The translations under genes and the position numbers were made by a program. From a virus (Duplodnaviria > Caudoviricetes), in the IMG/VR virus record IMGVR_UViG_3300046786_000284, positions 1 to 55,677 of that record: DNA of 55,677 bases. One strand, written 5' to 3'. Positions 54,349 to 55,677 of this stretch are shown in pieces. The first letter of the stretch is position 1. Every line of letters starts with the position of its first letter. A model generated the notes under the pieces. It searched no databases. It saw only the letters and a program-made list of their open reading frames with translations, and was not told where the DNA came from.

Positions 54349-55677
54349 ATGAAACAGATTGTCATTATGCCGGGAGGCTTTCATCCATTTCACGCAGGTC
54401 ATGCCGCATTGTATCAAAGTGCAGTAAAAGCATTTCCTAACGCAGATGTGTATGTTGCGGCTACTAATGATACAAAGACAAGACCTTTTCCGTTTGCTAT
54501 TAAAGAGAAACTTGCTAAATTAGCTGGCGTTGCTCAAGGACATTTTATCCAAGTTAAAAGCCCTTTCAAATCAGAAGAAATTACAAGTCACTACAATCCT
54601 AACGAAGATGTATTAATCTTTGTTCGTAGTGAGAAAGACAAGACTGAACAACCTAAACCAGGTGGTACTAAGAAAGATGGTAGCCCAGCGTACTTTCAAC
54701 CATGGACCGGTAAGAATTTACAACCGTTCAGTAAACATGCATACATTGCATACTTGCCAACTGTAGAGTTTGGTCCTGGCATTAAAAGTGCTACAGAGAT
54801 TCGCAATGCATGGCCTAAATTAGATGACCGTCGCAAGACAGCAATGGTTATGAGTCTATATCCAGTAACACAGACGAACCCTAAACTTGCGGCTAACGTT
54901 GTCAAGATGTTAGACATTGGTATGGGTGAACACGTAGATGAAGGTATAGGTGGTGCTATTCAAGGCGGTATTGTCGGTGGCGCCGCGGGTGCTTTACTTG
55001 TTGGTCCTTTGGCCGCAATTGCCGGCGCATATTTGGGACCTATAGGATCAGCTTACTTGGCATACAAAGGCACTATTGCTTTGGGTACTGCTTTGGGAGC
55101 TTGGTGGCAATATACACATGAAGAACAATATAAAAAATATAAGAACAGAAATGTTTTTTCGGTCTATTTAAACGGTAATAAAGTGTCAAATGATAATCTA
55201 AATCATGACCAAGCCGCCGCAATGATTGCTAAACTTGCAAGCAAGGATCATAACCCTGATACTAATTATACTATTTTTGATAATGAAGCGGACAAAATAG
55301 TATGGAGATTTAAAGTCAGCGATGAAGAAGATGAAGAAGATTTGGCAGAAGGCTCACTAAACGAATTCGCACCTAGTGATAGCGGTGACAATGGTGAAGA
55401 AGATATATTGCTTAAATTTGCCCGTATGTGGTATAACGGTGATCTAGCTACTCAGCAAAAGATTGAGCAGGCATTAGAACGTTATGGTTGGGAAATTGGT
55501 GAACTAGAATCAGAAGAAGGTGGCGCATTTGTTATGCGAGCCGGAGACGAAAATGGTGACAGCTATATTGGCTTTTCTTCTGATGACTTGACAGAAGGTT
55601 TATCAGAAACATTAAATCGTAGAGATTTATTAAAGAAAGTTGCAGCCAGCGCATTGGGTGCCGCTGGTGTCAACGCT
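54349..55677 (+). CDS. HxGH (cytidylyl/adenylyl-transferase-like) multidomain protein, 3'-truncated (missing from the ORF track)
   Basis: Manual translation is open from ATG 54349 to the window end: MKQIVIMPGGFHPFHAGH...KSATEIRNAW, then a Gly-zipper segment and further domains. Confidence 0.85.
   Translation, partial: MKQIVIMPGGFHPFHAGHAALYQSAVKAFPNADVYVAATNDTKTRPFPFAIKEKLAKLAGVAQGHFIQVKSPFKSEEITSHYNPNEDVLIFVRSEKDKTEQPKPGGTKKDGSPAYFQPWTGKNLQPFSKHAYIAYLPTVEFGPGIKSATEIRNAWPKLDDRRKTAMVMSLYPVTQTNPKLAANVVKMLDIGMGEHVDEGIGGAIQGGIVGGAAGALLVGPLAAIAGAYLGPIGSAYLAYKGTIALGTALGAWWQYTHEEQYKKYKNRNVFSVYLNGNKVSNDNLNHDQAAAMIAKLASKDHNPDTNYTIFDNEADKIVWRFKVSDEEDEEDLAEGSLNEFAPSDSGDNGEEDILLKFARMWYNGDLATQQKIEQALERYGWEIGELESEEGGAFVMRAGDENGDSYIGFSSDDLTEGLSETLNRRDLLKKVAASALGAAGVNA

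Noticed and set aside
1-55677. Stop-codon reassignment, as in some large phages
   Set aside because: The long genes are intact under code 11 and tightly packed. TAG is rare as a primary stop in the genes I checked, but no conserved gene is interrupted by TAG or TGA.

Overview
A 55.7-kb, AT-rich, gene-dense segment of a large T4-like (myovirus/jumbo-type) bacteriophage genome, read with the standard code. No rRNA, tRNA, CRISPR array, integrase or transposase is visible. Most of it is virion morphogenesis: gp13/gp14/gp15-like neck and tail-terminator genes, a very large gp18-like sheath, gp19-like tube, gp4-like head-completion nuclease, a probable small terminase, two long repeat-rich fibres with a shared C-terminal domain, an Ig-repeat protein and a second appendage module. 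Interspersed are lysis genes (GH19 endolysin, two holin candidates), replication and nucleotide genes (clamp loader, dNMP kinase, MazG-like, Nudix, PD-(D/E)XK exonuclease, a mini DnaE fragment) and host-type auxiliary genes (iscA, iscU, phoH, groES-like, dnaJ-like, clpA). The IscU/IscA sequences look proteobacterial, which suggests a proteobacterial host (inference). Two promoter classes can be read directly: sigma70-type promoters, several apparently leaderless, and a recurrent T4-late-like (G)ATAAATA box. The most interesting signals: (1) an unannotated ORF running off the right end that looks like a head-packaged polyprotein, with an HxGH nucleotidyltransferase, a glycine-zipper membrane segment, a small domain and an internal twin-arginine signal-like peptide, separated by hydrophobic-x-Glu linkers resembling prohead-protease sites; (2) a ~370-nt structured non-coding region with a long-range pseudoknot; (3) a switch-like RNA leader at 9757-9815; (4) a DnaE fragment ending just before the catalytic aspartates; (5) T4-style hairpins that would silence late genes on early read-through transcripts. 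All assignments are by eye from motifs; no database searches were run.
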